The notes: generated by a model not told the origin, from the sequence alone. A stretch of DNA of 61,090 nucleotides, filler included, from Dugesia japonica (GCA_001938525.1; 5 parts of 5 records of this genome joined end to end with filler, not necessarily neighbours in it); one strand, 5' to 3'. Numbered from the whole stretch's first letter, positions 13,682 to 26,889 are shown. Numbers and translations are program-made.

Positions 13682-14345
13682 TGTTGGGGTTTTATTTATG
13701 TGAGCTAATAAGTCTAGGGTAGTTGGCCTAATAAAACCCCATTAAGAATTTTATCTGGTGTCACCAAAATTCCAGATCTTCGGAATGGAGCCGTTGACTC
13801 AAAATTCGAGTACAGACTCGCACTCCTTTAGTTCGGGTCCATTTTTTATGATTCTCGCTCGATTATTTTGAGACATACTCATTCTCTATAAAATCTTATC
13901 GTACTAGTTTTCGGTTTATGGAACATTGTTATATTATTATTTATTTAGTTAATCTAATCTTAATTAATTGTACTTTCATGATTTTTAACATTATGAACTA
14001 GTTTATTTAATACTTTCAGTTTAATAATCATTGCCTTAGTAGGATCTAAGACTTAATTTAATGAAGAAAAACAAAACATACAAGAATTGAACCAGTGAAA
14101 ACTATATTAAATATATCATATTTTCACTTGTTACACATAAATTTAATCATTATTACAAGTAATATAACTAATATAACCTGAATCCCGATCCGGAGCAAGC
14201 ACANNNNNNNNNNNNNNNNNNNNNNNNNNNNNNNNNNNNNNNNNNNNNNNNNNNNNNNNNNNNNNNNNNNNNNNNNNNNNNNNNNNNNNNNNNNNNNNNN
14301 NNNNNNNNNNNNNNNNNATCAAGTCGGAAATCGTTGCAAAACATC
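13682..14345 (+). mobile_element. LTR retrotransposon 5' LTR and start of internal region (interrupted by a gap)
   Basis: Begins TGTTGGGG; 13730-13845 and 14180-14200 match the reverse complement of 50330-50465 and 50075-50100; 14318-14340 (agtcggaaatcgt) matches ~49990-50005 beyond the LTR. Confidence 0.7.
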
Positions 14346-14475
14346 AATTTTAAAACGGGTAATACCTGTTGAGATAAATTCAGTTCCAAAATTTGATTGA
14401 GTAAAAATTTTGATTTAAAATATCTGTTTGGGACTTGATTCGGTTATAAATTTTCACTACAAATTTTCATTACAA

Positions 14476-15480
14476 AACCCGTATTTTCATGTTAAAACCT
14501 ATATTTTCATGATTAAACTCATATTTTCAGGATAATATCCATATTTGTCATTTAAAATGTATTTTCCATTAAACCTATATTTTCAATGTTGAATCAAGCA
14601 TTTTTAATAATGAGACCCATATTTTCTATGTTAAACTATTTTTTTCTAACAACTTTACTGATAATTTAATATATTAAAAAAATAAACCTTTAAAACTAAA
14701 GAGCAAGCAGAGTTGACAACAAACAAGCAAAAAAGTAGAAGTATAATCAGATGATAAAAATATACTGAAATAGTTATATTATTTTAAATAAAAAGAAAGT
14801 CATATCAACTCTTTCTTACTGTCACTTAGTTTTATTGTCTTTTTTCTCTAAATGTTACTCTTTAAAAATTAAGATTCGATAAAAATTAGAAGCAAAATAT
14901 GGATTAATAGATGTAAATGTTAGAAAATAAGGGTAATTGAAGTAAATAGGTTAACCGGAGATAAATGTTGAAAATCGGCTAAAATATAACAAAATTGTAT
15001 AAAATAGATGGAAATGGGCAAAAAGTGACAAAAGTAGACTAATTAAGCATATTAAATAATTGTATGTATAGAATAAATGTAGTATAATTAATGACTAGAT
15101 TTACTCTATTTAATATTTCCCATGACAAGACCAGTATTTTTTATGGTAAAACTAATATTTTCTTTGATAACTTCATAATTTTTCTTTGATAAGTCCATTA
15201 TTCTCCAAAGATGACCATCATTTTCAAAATAGTGAAACTCATATTTTCAATAACGAAACCATATAATAATGTATAAGTTCTAGTCTCAAGATTGATTTTA
15301 CTAACAATGTAACTGATAATTAGGTATTTAAAAGAAAATAAGCCCATGAAAANTAAAAGCAAGNNAAGAAACCAAAGAGCAAGCAAAGATGAAAACAAAT
15401 AGTGAAGGATTTTATTGAAAAGGATACCTATATTTTACAAGATAAAACTTGTATTTTTCCTGTTGAAACTTATATTAAAC
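14476..15480. repeat. ~20-21 bp minisatellite blocks (aaacc.atattttcatg.t.)
   Basis: Repeated units at 14476-14640, 15110-15270 and 15425-15480. Confidence 0.65.
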
Positions 15481-15584
15481 TCAAATTGTAATGGACACAA
15501 TATTTTATTTAACAAAATAAGCAATTTGACATTATTGATATTCAAAGCTTAATACATAAATATGAAGAAAATAAAGAGAAATAC

Positions 15585-15730
15585 AGTAAAATTGAGTAAA
15601 ATAAGGGGAAATCCAGCAAAATATTGAAAATAGGGCAAAAATAGGGTAAAAATATGGTAAAATAGTACAAAATATGATAAATAAGATAACAGTAAAACTG
15701 GATAAAATAGGATAAAATAGCATAAAAGTG
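15585..15730. repeat. ~10-bp periodic repeat (aaaatagggt-like)
   Basis: aaaatagggc aaaaatagggt aaaaatatggt aaaatagtac aaaatatgat. Confidence 0.6.
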
Positions 15731-15892
15731 GGAATTTATGAAATAAACGATAAATCTTTTAATCAATAAAGACTATAATTATATAAAATCTATAGAATTA
15801 AAGTGTATTATAAGACTCCGCGAAGGATTATTAAACAGTATGGAGGATTGCGAAGAACAAGAAATACATTTAATTGAAAATGATTCGATCAA

Positions 15893-15960
<68 letters not shown>

Positions 15961-16010
15961 NNNNNNNNNNNNNNNNNNNNNNNNNNNNNNNNNNNNNNNN
16001 NNNNNNNNNN

Positions 16011-16069
<59 letters not shown>

Positions 16070-16284
16070 ATTTATATTATTATTTAATAATTACCATTTT
16101 ATTAGTAATACTATTAATCAAATAAATTTGAAAATTTTTTAAGTTCATTCAAAAAATGAATTTAAACAAAACATATATCGTTTAACATCGACCTTTTATT
16201 ATTTACATACCAACCGTGTAATTTATGGTTTATAAGTGTATTATTTACATAGTTACCATGTTTTATTTGGTAACATATATTTTT

Positions 16285-16536
16285 AAGGATACATATATAA
16301 GAGAATCATGCAGAACCATTCTTACAAAAATTAAAGAACATCTCAAACAGAAAGAAAGTGAAGTCTTCAAACATTTTCCAAACAAACATAATGTTTTACC
16401 TGGAAATCATCATATTACATGGAAAACATTAGAAACAGGCTCTATTTATACACTACATAGAAAAAAACATGAACAAATATTAATTAAAGAGGTTAAATCT
16501 GAGATTAACGTGATTTTTAACAATTACAATAATTAA
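16285..16536 (+). mobile_element. GIY-YIG endonuclease C-terminal fragment (Penelope-like element)
   Basis: TYIRESCRTILTKIKEH resembles YIGETxRxLxxRxxEH; RKKHEQILIKEVKSEIN resembles RxxxEAxxIxxxxPxLN. Confidence 0.75.
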
Positions 16537-16937
16537 AAATTCTCTCAATAATAAAAATTATTAAAATCGTTTTTTTTAAAAAGATTTTTTTTCAATAATT
16601 AACATTTTCAAAGATTTTATATAATAACAATAATTAAAAGTTAAAAATTAAAAATAAATAATTTAAATAATTTAAAAAATAAATAATTAAAAAAATAAAT
16701 AAACATTTTTACAAAGATTTCTAATAATTAAAATAACTAAAAAAATCATTATAAAAAATATTAGTAAAAAAATTTGAGTAAAATTTTAATATTAAGAAAA
16801 CACATATCTAAATATTTTAATAATTTAATGCATTAAATTTTTTAAAAAAACATTTAGGAAATGTTTAATCAAATTTAATTAAAAAGAATTTTTCAGACGT
16901 AATTTAAAATAAATTATAATTTAATAGACCAAAAAAA

Positions 16938-17037
16938 NNNNNNNNNNNNNNNNNNNNNNNNNNNNNNNNNNNNNNNNNNNNTTAATTAATTAANNNNNNN
17001 NNNNNNNNNNNNNNNNNNNNNNNNNNNNNNNNNNNNN
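16938..17037. other. Artificial scaffold spacer N44-TTAATTAATTAA-N44
   Basis: Identical 12-mer (stop codons in all six frames) embedded in Ns at 16982, 33146, 43396 and 52378. Confidence 0.95.
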
Positions 17038-18071
17038 GTTACATCTAATGAACCAAATTCATCATCTCTTTTCCATTCGTAATTTTTAATTCGTTCGATA
17101 AACTCATAACTCAAATAAATGGCTATTCTGAGAAAAGTCGAAGAAGATAAAAATAATTTTAAAATAAATAAAAATTTATATTGTATTAATAATATAAAAA
17201 TATTATGTAATGTAAAACTATAAATACTTGTATCCTTCTTCAATACATTTTGAAGTACTAACTTTATGATCGGTTTTAGGAATAAAATTTCCGGCTTAAA
17301 TTTTAGAAATGCTGAGTAAAATAATGAAAAATAATTCTTGCTTTTTAAACCACATGGTATAATAAAATTTCTTTATATTTACAATATACTATGATAGTAC
17401 AATTTATATTAAAACAATATCGTATCATAAAAAATATTTGGCATAAACTATAGATTTTCACATGAAGAAATTTTAATTAAAAATAAACCTACAATCAATA
17501 TAATGTATAATAACTAATATTAATCCAGAAAATTTATAATAACTAATATTAATCCAGAAAATTTTATTTTTAAAAAACTTTAAACGTGAATGAATCCCAG
17601 AACTAATCCTTGAAGTTGATATGCAAAAATTTAATTTATTTATTAAATCATCTACATATTTATATGGTTTTAATTTTTGTATAATAAAAAATTAAGTTTC
17701 CAAAAATAATGAGTTCAAAATCAATGGTAAATGATTTTGAAAACAAACATTTTTTTTAACCTTACTTTAACATAATTATATTAAAATTTAATTTTCTTAA
17801 TTCATGTAATCTAAACACAATAATTTCATTATTAAATTCAATTAAATTGTTGACCTTGGTTTTACTAAATGTATAACCGTATTACTTAAATATAAAATCG
17901 GCCATTATTAAAGCGGGCCATATATAATTTATAACCATTACGTCACTGTAATTTTCGTTTATTGTTTTAAAAGATTTAATAATTATTCATATTTTAATAA
18001 AGCTTTCATACTTATAATAAAGCAATTATATATGTGAAAAATTGTTTTACGTAATTTTTAGATAAACGTAG

Positions 18072-18793
18072 ATGGTAAAAGAAAACAAGTCTATGTTAAA
18101 TAATATTAATATTATAGCAGCGACTAATTATTCACCAAATTCGCAAACAGAAGCAAATTATTCCAAATTACCACATCTTTCGTCAAATAATATGGCGATA
18201 ACTAAAAGTAGTCCTAAGATTATTAACAAGTTAACCAATCAAAATATTCATTCTATTACAAACCATATGCACCAGATACCCTCAAATAACTACAGAAATG
18301 GTCATCACAATTTATCGTCAAATCGTAATCCTCAAAACAGTGGATTTGGAGGAGTTTATGAAGTTTATAACAATAACTTATTAGAAGGTTCACGATTAAT
18401 AAGACAACTTGGAAAGCGCAATAATATAGTTGCAATTGATACTGAATTTCCAGGTGTGGTATGTAGAGTAAATGGTGAATATACCAGTACAACATCACTT
18501 TCATATCATAATATTAAATGTAATACCGATCTAATGAAACCTATTCAAATTGGATTTAGTTTTTTTAATCAAAATGGAGAACAATCCGAAGTTAACGCAA
18601 CTGTGCAATTTAATTTAAAATGGGATATGGAAACAGAAGTGTTTGCAGAAGAATCTATTACATTATTAGAAAATTCCGGAATCAATTTTCAAGAACATAA
18701 GATGCACGGAATTGAAATTCAAGATTTTGCTGAGGTTTTTTTAGCTAGTGGATTACCTTTAAATGATAAAATTACGTGGATTGGATTTCATTG
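18072..18793 (+). CDS. CAF1: CAF1/POP2 (CNOT7/CNOT8 family) deadenylase, coding exon 1
   Basis: AIDTEFPGVV catalytic D/E motif, YHNIKCNTDLMKPIQIG, QFN, LLENSGINF, WIGFH; donor TG|gtaatt at 18794 (phase 2). Confidence 0.95.
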
Positions 18794-20264
18794 GTAATTT
18801 TAATATTTTATTTTTTTAAAATTGTAATTGTATGTCATATAATTAGCAAGAATTCATTTAATTGTTAAAATTAGATATTTTATCATTCTTTAAAAGTCGA
18901 TGAATCTAAAAAATTAATACGATGCTTTAAAGTGTTCTTAAAAATGTTAATTCTACTTTTGAATGGAAGATTACAAATGTCAAATATTGTGTTTAAATTT
19001 TTGTTATTTTTTGTATAACACTCTCGCTAAGCATCAAGTGGTAAGTACACATTAATTATAAGTGTCTAAATAATTTGACGTATAAAATACAAATTGATTA
19101 GTTTTTATGATCTAAGTTAATTTACCTAGGGTTTATGCTAGAAGTTAAGTTACAATTCCGTGTTACGGTGGGGTTAATTCATAATTTCTTTAGAATATCA
19201 TTACAATACATCGTGTTGTATAAATTGTGTCACTGAAAATTATGACATTGATTATTTTGAGTTACGCAAAATATTAGTCTCTAATATTGAAATTGCTTAA
19301 AATGCATTGAAATTTCAATATTAAAATTAATTTAGAGTTGGTTGACTTTGTTCATATACCTATACAGTCTAAAAAAATAGTAAGTGTAAAAATGCATTGA
19401 AATACACTAAAAAGAAGTTATTTGCTGGATTTTGATTGGATCCCTATAATATAAGAAAAATTAATTCATACAATAAAATTTTCCTACACTAAATAAAGTT
19501 TAATAAGTAAATTATGAAAATAAATAATAACCTGATTTTTGCGGCAATCTGATTGGCTAAAAATATAGAATTGAAAATAATTAGTAATTTATAACTTNNN
19601 NNNNNNNNNNNNNNNNNNNNNNNNNNNNNNNNNNNNNNNNNNNNNNNNNAATTTATAACTTAATTTTTTTAAGCTTAATGATTATAGAAGGTAGAAAAAA
19701 TAAGTACACAGCGTGCACACACAAAATCCTAAACACCTGAATTTTTTAAATTTATGTTTTTAAAGATTTTTTAATTTTTGAAAAATTTATATTTTTGTTT
19801 TTATTTTAAAAATAAAATTGGAAAACATTTTAAATGCGTATTCTTGATAGGCTCCCAAGTAGCCTATCAAAGCAACTTTTTTTATTTCTTGATGCTTTTA
19901 CATTTCACCAAGATTTTGCTGTGGACAAAAAACGTATGAAGATGGAAAAGATCTGAAAACTGTGAGTGAGATCCTAATTTCGAATCCTTAAAAAATATAA
20001 TTTATAATCATACTCTCACCACAACGGACAACTACAAAATACTCAATTTACCACCTTACAGCCAATTTTTAAATTCTATCGAAAATTATTTGCATTTTAA
20101 ATCCCAATTGCGGAGAATTTCGACCAAATCCGTCTTCAAATTTCTTCAAATAAAATCGGCTATTTCCTCAATAGTCGAAGAAGATAGAAATACTAGCATG
20201 ATGAAATACTGTGACAAAATAAAAACCTTTTATCCCGCATGTTAAAAATGTAAAAATATTATGA

Positions 20265-20298
<34 letters not shown>

Positions 20299-20819
20299 GT
20301 ATGTCTTTTCTTAAATAATGTCTAAATTTTGAAAATAAATATAGTTTATTAATTAACTTATAGTTTATTTATATATAAACTATATAGTTATTTATATAGT
20401 TTATTTATTAACTTAACTTCAAATTGATTAATTCAATACTGAAAAATAATTAATATTTAAAAATAATAATTTAAAATAATTTTTACATTTAAAATTCAAA
20501 ATTATAAACAAATAACTCAATTATGGTATCATTAAAAATAAAATCATACGTATTAAACTTTAAACACTGTAAACGTTTAACAGATGATTATAATATAGAT
20601 ATCTAAAAATGTAAGAAAAAATAAACAAACACACAGCAAGCAAACATACATATACACTGTTTTCTCATAAAAATTAATAAGTTTAAGAGCTACAATTTTA
20701 AAATTATAATATGAATTTTGAAACTATTTCAAGTGCGAGTTTTGACTCTACAAAACCCTACAGGCTACCAAAGCCGTTAAAAGTAATTCTTTAATTTTTA
20801 ATTCATATTAATTATATTT

Positions 20820-21562
20820 TAACAGGATTTCTGCTGTAGACAAAGAACGGATCATAAAAGCCCATAAAAGGGCAGAGATTTGAAACCTGTCAGTAAAATT
20901 TTAAATGTAAATTTCGGCTCTTTAAAAATATATAATCTCCAAGCAATCTTTAAATTATTTTATTTAAAATAAATCAAAAATCATATTTTGGATATAACAG
21001 AACGGGATCAATTTCCAAACGAAAACATAGGCGACACAAAAAATTTGATAATGAATAAACGGGGAGGGTCATTTGTTAGACGAAATCGATAAAAAAAAAA
21101 CCATATGACCTTAGAAGAAATAAAACTATTTTGTATAGAAAAAGGTCTAGATACTGCAACAACAACAATATCGACCCTTTTGAATATTAGGTTTTACACA
21201 ATAAAGACATTACGATATTCTATTGGTGAAAAAAATAAAGATCGGGTCAAAATTTTAAGAAAAAATAATGTTGAAAAATTTTTAGAAGTCAAAATACGGT
21301 CTAGCCAATGCATATATATAGACGAGACTTATTGCAACTTATGAACCCAATGATTAAAAAGAAAAAGCTTCAATGGCGACAATACCAACTCAGCGTGTCC
21401 AAATTATTTCAATCATAATGGCTATTGGAATCAAAGGTCCAATTCATTTTTTAATACACCAGAGTTTCGTCAAGCAACTGTTGTACATGAAATTCATCCA
21501 TGACCTTTCTTTAAAATGAGATGCAAGTGAATATTATTTTATTTACGATAATGCATCTATTC
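20820..21562 (+). mobile_element. Tc1/IS630-like DDE transposase pseudogene, 5' part
   Basis: ISAVDKERIIKAH (HTH start), MTLEEIK, IYIDET, SIIMAIG, YDNASI motifs; a related N-terminal copy lies at ~19910-19990. Confidence 0.75.
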
Positions 21563-24500
21563 TAGAGCTTGAAATTTTCCCATGTATACCAAAGTCAGTC
21601 AATTTATCAAAAAGTATTCTCTTGAGGTTAAGAGCGGTAGACCTAATTTCTAAATGAACTATGCCAAGATTAAATATTTTTATAGATCCATTGATAATAA
21701 TCTGTATGTTTATCCCCATAAATGATTCACTTCGCCAAGAAACTGCATCAAGCTTTTTAAAAATCAACTTCCCTTTTAAAATTTTAGATATAACTTTGTA
21801 TTTATGATAACTAGCATCTAAAATTTTCTTAATATTCACACTTTAATTGACATTAGTTGAACTCGATGAACAATGAATCTAGAAAAAACTTAAAAGCTCC
21901 TTCGTTAAAAATTTCAACGGTATTCCTGTGAGCAATAATTCTAACATTTTCTGATTAAATTCATCTTGACAAAGATAATAAGGAATGTATAACTTTCTTT
22001 TGCTGCAGGTATTATCAACTTATCCGTCGTCATCTACTTCATTATCTTTCATTATCTTTGATTTTTTAATATAATTTAAAGTCCAATCTTTATAAAATCT
22101 AATGAGATGTCTGTTGAAATTGTGTTTATCTAAGGTAAATTAATTGCTTCTAGTGCAGACGTTTATTTTGCATAAATGCTTGGATTGATTTTTGCCATTA
22201 TTATCGACTTCCGTCTTAACGAACATAGACTTAAAGTATGTATAATCATCCTTTGTTTTAGATTTCCATATCAATTCCTCTTCCTCACTTTCCCATTTGA
22301 AATCCAGTGAACGCTTTTTTTTATTCTCATTTTTTTATTAGACATTTTAAATCCTAAATTTAAGATATTATTTATGCTGGGGTTCACCCTGAGTTGGTGT
22401 TAGAAAACTTGTGGCTGGAGAAAAGACAGCCTTCAGGGGACCCTTTCAAGAATTTATCTGATGTCCCTAATTAGATTCTCGTTACAGAGCGGTTCACTCC
22501 CATCTCTTGGAGTACTCACTCGTATACCTTTAGTTCGTGTTCATCATTTTTCCCTTATTTTTATTTATTAAATAAAATTTAACAACATTCATAAGTAAGA
22601 TTTATTTTATATTCATCACATGAACTCTAATGGATCATGGTCTAACCATTGGCCTGGTTCGAGCTCCATGAAATTAAAGGCAGCCTCATCATCCTCGCTG
22701 TTCCAGCGAGTCCATGTCTCTTCTTCCAGTCGAGCTGCTTAATCCGCTATATACCCTTGCAGAAAATCGATTTTGTACGTGAGAATCTGTTTCGTGTGTT
22801 CGGCTAACTCGCTTTGTTTTTTAACGATCACATCTAATTAGACGGTTGCGCTGGGACAAGTGCTGAAAAGGATTCGTTCATTCTGGCGCTCAAGAAGTAG
22901 CTTCTAGATTAAGCGCTGGCAGCGTCGTAAGTTGATGGGGAGGCGGATTCTTGGCACTACAAAAGAAATAATTAAGAAAGAGATAGTCACGATAAGTTTA
23001 ATTTAGACAATTAAATAACTTGAAAATTTATTAAGGTGAAAACACGAATTATTCATTAAATCAGAACCATATATTTATAACACCAAAAAGATGAAGTCAT
23101 GTTATGGGCGTGAAGTTTGTTGATTTTTCCGTCATTACGGGTTCTAAATGCATAGCTTTTTTCAGTGTCAAGATATCCTCAACCAATTTATTCTCTCGGT
23201 CATGGAAGGACCGGATAAACTCTGCAAAGGACTCTATTTGATTTTTCCAGAGTCTCTCTTGAGCATGAGAGGCCTCCGCTTCCTTTCTAAATGCGATGCA
23301 TTTATTTTGTACCGCTTAACTTTACTTTATGCAGTCGCCGTGTCGGCCTACCATCGACGTTTAGCGACGTTAGGTAATCTCTAAATCTTCACTTTTTGGT
23401 CTGGGTGACGGAGCGATTTAGAGAAGAATGCACTAGAAATTGAACTCAAATTATCAACTGGTTATAAAGTCAGACTATCTTTGAATATGAATGAACAAAG
23501 AGTCTAAAACTAATTTAAAATGGAATTCATCTAATCATCATAATGAATCAAACGATTATTTAATGGAAATATTATTTGTAACTAAAATATTTTATTAGAA
23601 ACTATCGCAAAGTAAAACCATAAAGGCAGTGTCTAAGAATGTGGGGCACTCTCTGTGGGTGGTTCGATATTTTCATCACTGCCACCACTCGAAGTATTCC
23701 GACACTCCAAAGGGTGTCACTGATTAGTCCTCCCAACCACATCGGGGTGTGGACCGGTTCAAGAGGAGCAGGCGTGTTTTCTCTCCAAACTCGATCATAA
23801 ATTGGCAAACCATTTACATAGTCGGTGGATACCATTCCCACAGAAAAAGTCACACGACTGCGATCAGGGCCGGTCCAGTAATAATACTCCTGTCAATCAG
23901 TGGCGTCCATCAGTCTTTTGTCATAAGCAATTCTAGCAGGCAGGTTGGACCGCTCTGTTAAAAGCCCAGCATCGCGGTTATACGGGTTTAGATATTTTTA
24001 CAATATCATCCGGCCGGTGGCCCTGTCCTGAATCACTTCCCATTTATATTCCATTTAAGACTGAAAACAAAGTATCAATCAGTTAATAACTATCTTAACA
24101 ATAACAATATTTGAACATTATCCCTCTCTATACGGAAAACAATATAGTTAGAAGACAAGTTATATGAATAAACAACACCCGTATAGCAGGAATTTATTCA
24201 ATCATATAATAACCACTATTATCGTCTATATCAACCTCCCACAGAAGGTTTCAATTCCTTGAAACATTGATGATCTAATTCGTCTGGAGAAAGAATACGA
24301 TCGGGGAAGAATAGATGGCCGATTAATTGTTTCTCGGCGTGATTATTTTCTCTCTCGATGTATGAAGTTCAACGCGTCTTTCAGAATTCTAGACATGTCT
24401 GAATAAATTATAAGCCTACATTATAGGTAAATTATAGTGTAGTGGATTTCAAATCATGGCTAGTTATGTCAACCGGTTGTACTGGGTGTTGGAGTAATAA

Positions 24501-25781
24501 TTCGCTCCGATTTCTGGTTTAATCATATCTCAGGGGTAATAATTTTAATAATATTTCTAACAGAAACATCAATAATAATGCTATTGCACTGAATAATTAG
24601 ACGAGGGTTTATATGTGTACTTGTAATTATATGATAATACTCATAATAAATATTTTAATTTGAATAATAGTAAAATAATTGCTGTTATTGAGATCTCATG
24701 AGTTTATTTAAATTATCAACAACCCTAGGAACATTAATAATAATCAGTGCATTGTCACCCAATAGTTTCATTAAGTTGGAAAATGCTAAATAACATAATG
24801 GCAATTTTATAATAAATAATTAAAATTGCTATGGCAGGATTAATGCCTGCTAATTCATATAGTTAAACGATGATCAGTATTTATTGCCATAATATACCAA
24901 TGTGGAAATGACCTTACGTTCATCAATTTGAGATAATGCATGACAAATACATCGTTGGAAAGACGCCGTGTAAGTTAATAATGTTAAGTTACTCAGCAAG
25001 CTATCCAACTGCTAATAGAAATATCGATTTTGATGACATAGACAAAAAGACTACACTGGAATCAGTTAGATGTTGTCTATCACATGACTCATCTCATGTA
25101 GGTATGTCCTATTGAGTTACAGCATGCTATTCTAACTTATTTTATTTTTTTAGACGAGAATTTTCTGCAACAAAGAGTGATATCAATTGTTACTTCTATT
25201 TGGAATTACTTCTGTCATTGTCTCCTTTTTATTTTCTGGTTCCTCATTGTTTCATTCTTCAAACCATTTTAACGGGACATTCTGTTGATGGTAGGATATT
25301 TTTGTTGGACCATTTGTCCTGTAACTTTCTCCTTCCAGTTTTTCGTACTAGAATCTTTTATGATCTTCCAGGGTGAAGATATCTTACAAAAACTCATTTT
25401 CTGTTAATTATTATTCTGTTTGTAATAAATTAATTAATTTTTCTTGATAATTAAATATTATTTTCTGACTATAATTTACTTGTTCTTCTAATAAATTATA
25501 ATTTTCCTTAATTATTCCGATCGATTCCAGGTAATATCTTATTTACCCAGTATTTTCTTTTTATCTTTTGTATTTTTCTTCTTGCTTTTTTACCTTTCTT
25601 TTTTCGATATAATTATTGTACTTTTAATCAGATTTTTCTTTTAATTTAATTTAATTTTTTTAAGTTAATTTTATTTTTTCAGCCCCCTCCTTTAATATTT
25701 CTGATTTGGGCCCTTGGTCCTAATTTTTTTTAAACCGGGCGTTTTATTCCAATATTTATTATAAATTTATATAAATTTATG

Positions 25782-25815
<34 letters not shown>

Positions 25816-26447
25816 NNNNNNNNNNNNNNNNNNNNNNNNNNNNNNNNNNNNNNNNNNNNNNNNNNTTAATTATTCCGATCGATTCCAGGTAATATCTTAT
25901 TTACCCAGTATTTTCTTTTTATCTTTTGTATTTTTCTTCGTGCCTTTCTTTTTTCGATATAATTATTGTACTTTTAATCAGATTTTTCTTTTAATTTAAT
26001 TTTTTTAAGTTAATTTTATTTTTTCAGCCCCCTCTAATATTTCTGATTTGGGCCCTTGGTCCTAATTTTTTTTAAACCGGGCGTTTTATCCCAATATTTA
26101 TTATAAATTTATGTAAATATATATATATTTATTAAATTAACTTAAATAAGAACGGAACTATTCTTTGCGAAATTTTCTCAAATATATCTGATAAATTAAA
26201 CCTTTTTGACATTAATTAAAGAAGCCATAAATATTTGTATTTATAGAATTGTAAATGAAAAACGAATTAATATAAAGAAAATCAAAGATCATTTTAAAAT
26301 ACAAAATTCATCTTTCTCTATAATCATAAACTATTTTATAATTTAATTAAGCCGGGGTATCGGGGCAACAGAAGCCCCGGCTCCAAACTAATATTTTTTC
26401 TTTGCCCCAGCCCCGGAGCTCTAGTATCGGGACAATTTCAAGCCCTG
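21563..26447 (-). mobile_element. Internally deleted hAT DNA transposon with TIRs and 8-bp TSD
   Basis: TIRs tagagcttgaaattttccc / gggacaatttcaagccctg; perfect TSD ATCTATTC at 21555-21562 and 26448-26455; gccccg subterminal repeats; transposase remnant 21582-22330 (BED-like CKINVC..NFNRHL; LDAVSWRSESFMGINIQ). Confidence 0.9.
22375..25754. mobile_element. Long solo-LTR-like element with antisense ORF cassettes
   Basis: Starts TGCTGGG and ends (T/C)CCAATA, with TTTA on both flanks; its first 160 bp share ccc.tt.aagaattt.atctg.tgtc and cctttagttcg.gt.ca with the LTR at 13682; the right end is duplicated across the gap (alternative end 26096). Confidence 0.6.
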
Positions 26448-26700
26448 ATCTATTCATAACAATGCCCTAACAACAGAAAATCACATAGTTATTCACCTAC
26501 CACTATACAGTCCAATAAACCGAATAGAAAATATCTTTTCCCATTTAAAATCAAAACTAATTAAAATAACAATTAAAGTAACAATTTGGATTTAGACTCA
26601 AGTTCCAAATTCCATCAGATTAAGTCAGCAATTTTCCAAGTAGTAGAAGTGGATAAAAATATAACTCTAAAATGTTATTAAAATAACTAAATATTATTGC
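26448..26700 (+). mobile_element. Tc1/IS630-like transposase pseudogene, 3' part
   Basis: Continues DNASI|HNN...NHIVIHLPLYSPINRIENIFS (LPxYSPxxNPIE motif) after the hAT insertion. Confidence 0.75.
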
Positions 26701-26889
26701 ACAAAATACTTGTTGGAAAAAGACATTTCGTGAAAATATAATTTCTTCTATTTCTCTATAATTATATCTAAAATTTTTCATTATTAATTATATAAAGATA
26801 ATTTATTACAAAAATTCTTAATAATTATTAAAAACCATCAAAAATTAATTTACATAAAAAATTTTAAAAATAAAGAATTGTTAAATATT

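Noticed and set aside
15532-15766. Hydrophobic membrane-like ORFs
   Set aside because: Products of a T-rich 10-bp periodic repeat
17505-17565. 29-bp tandem duplication upstream of CAF1
   Set aside because: Simple local slippage; no evidence of a regulatory role
25485-26130. ~270-bp direct duplication (25489-25760 and 25867-26105)
   Set aside because: The copies flank an N gap and a (TA)n tract; most likely overlapping contig ends or two haplotypes, not a real tandem repeat
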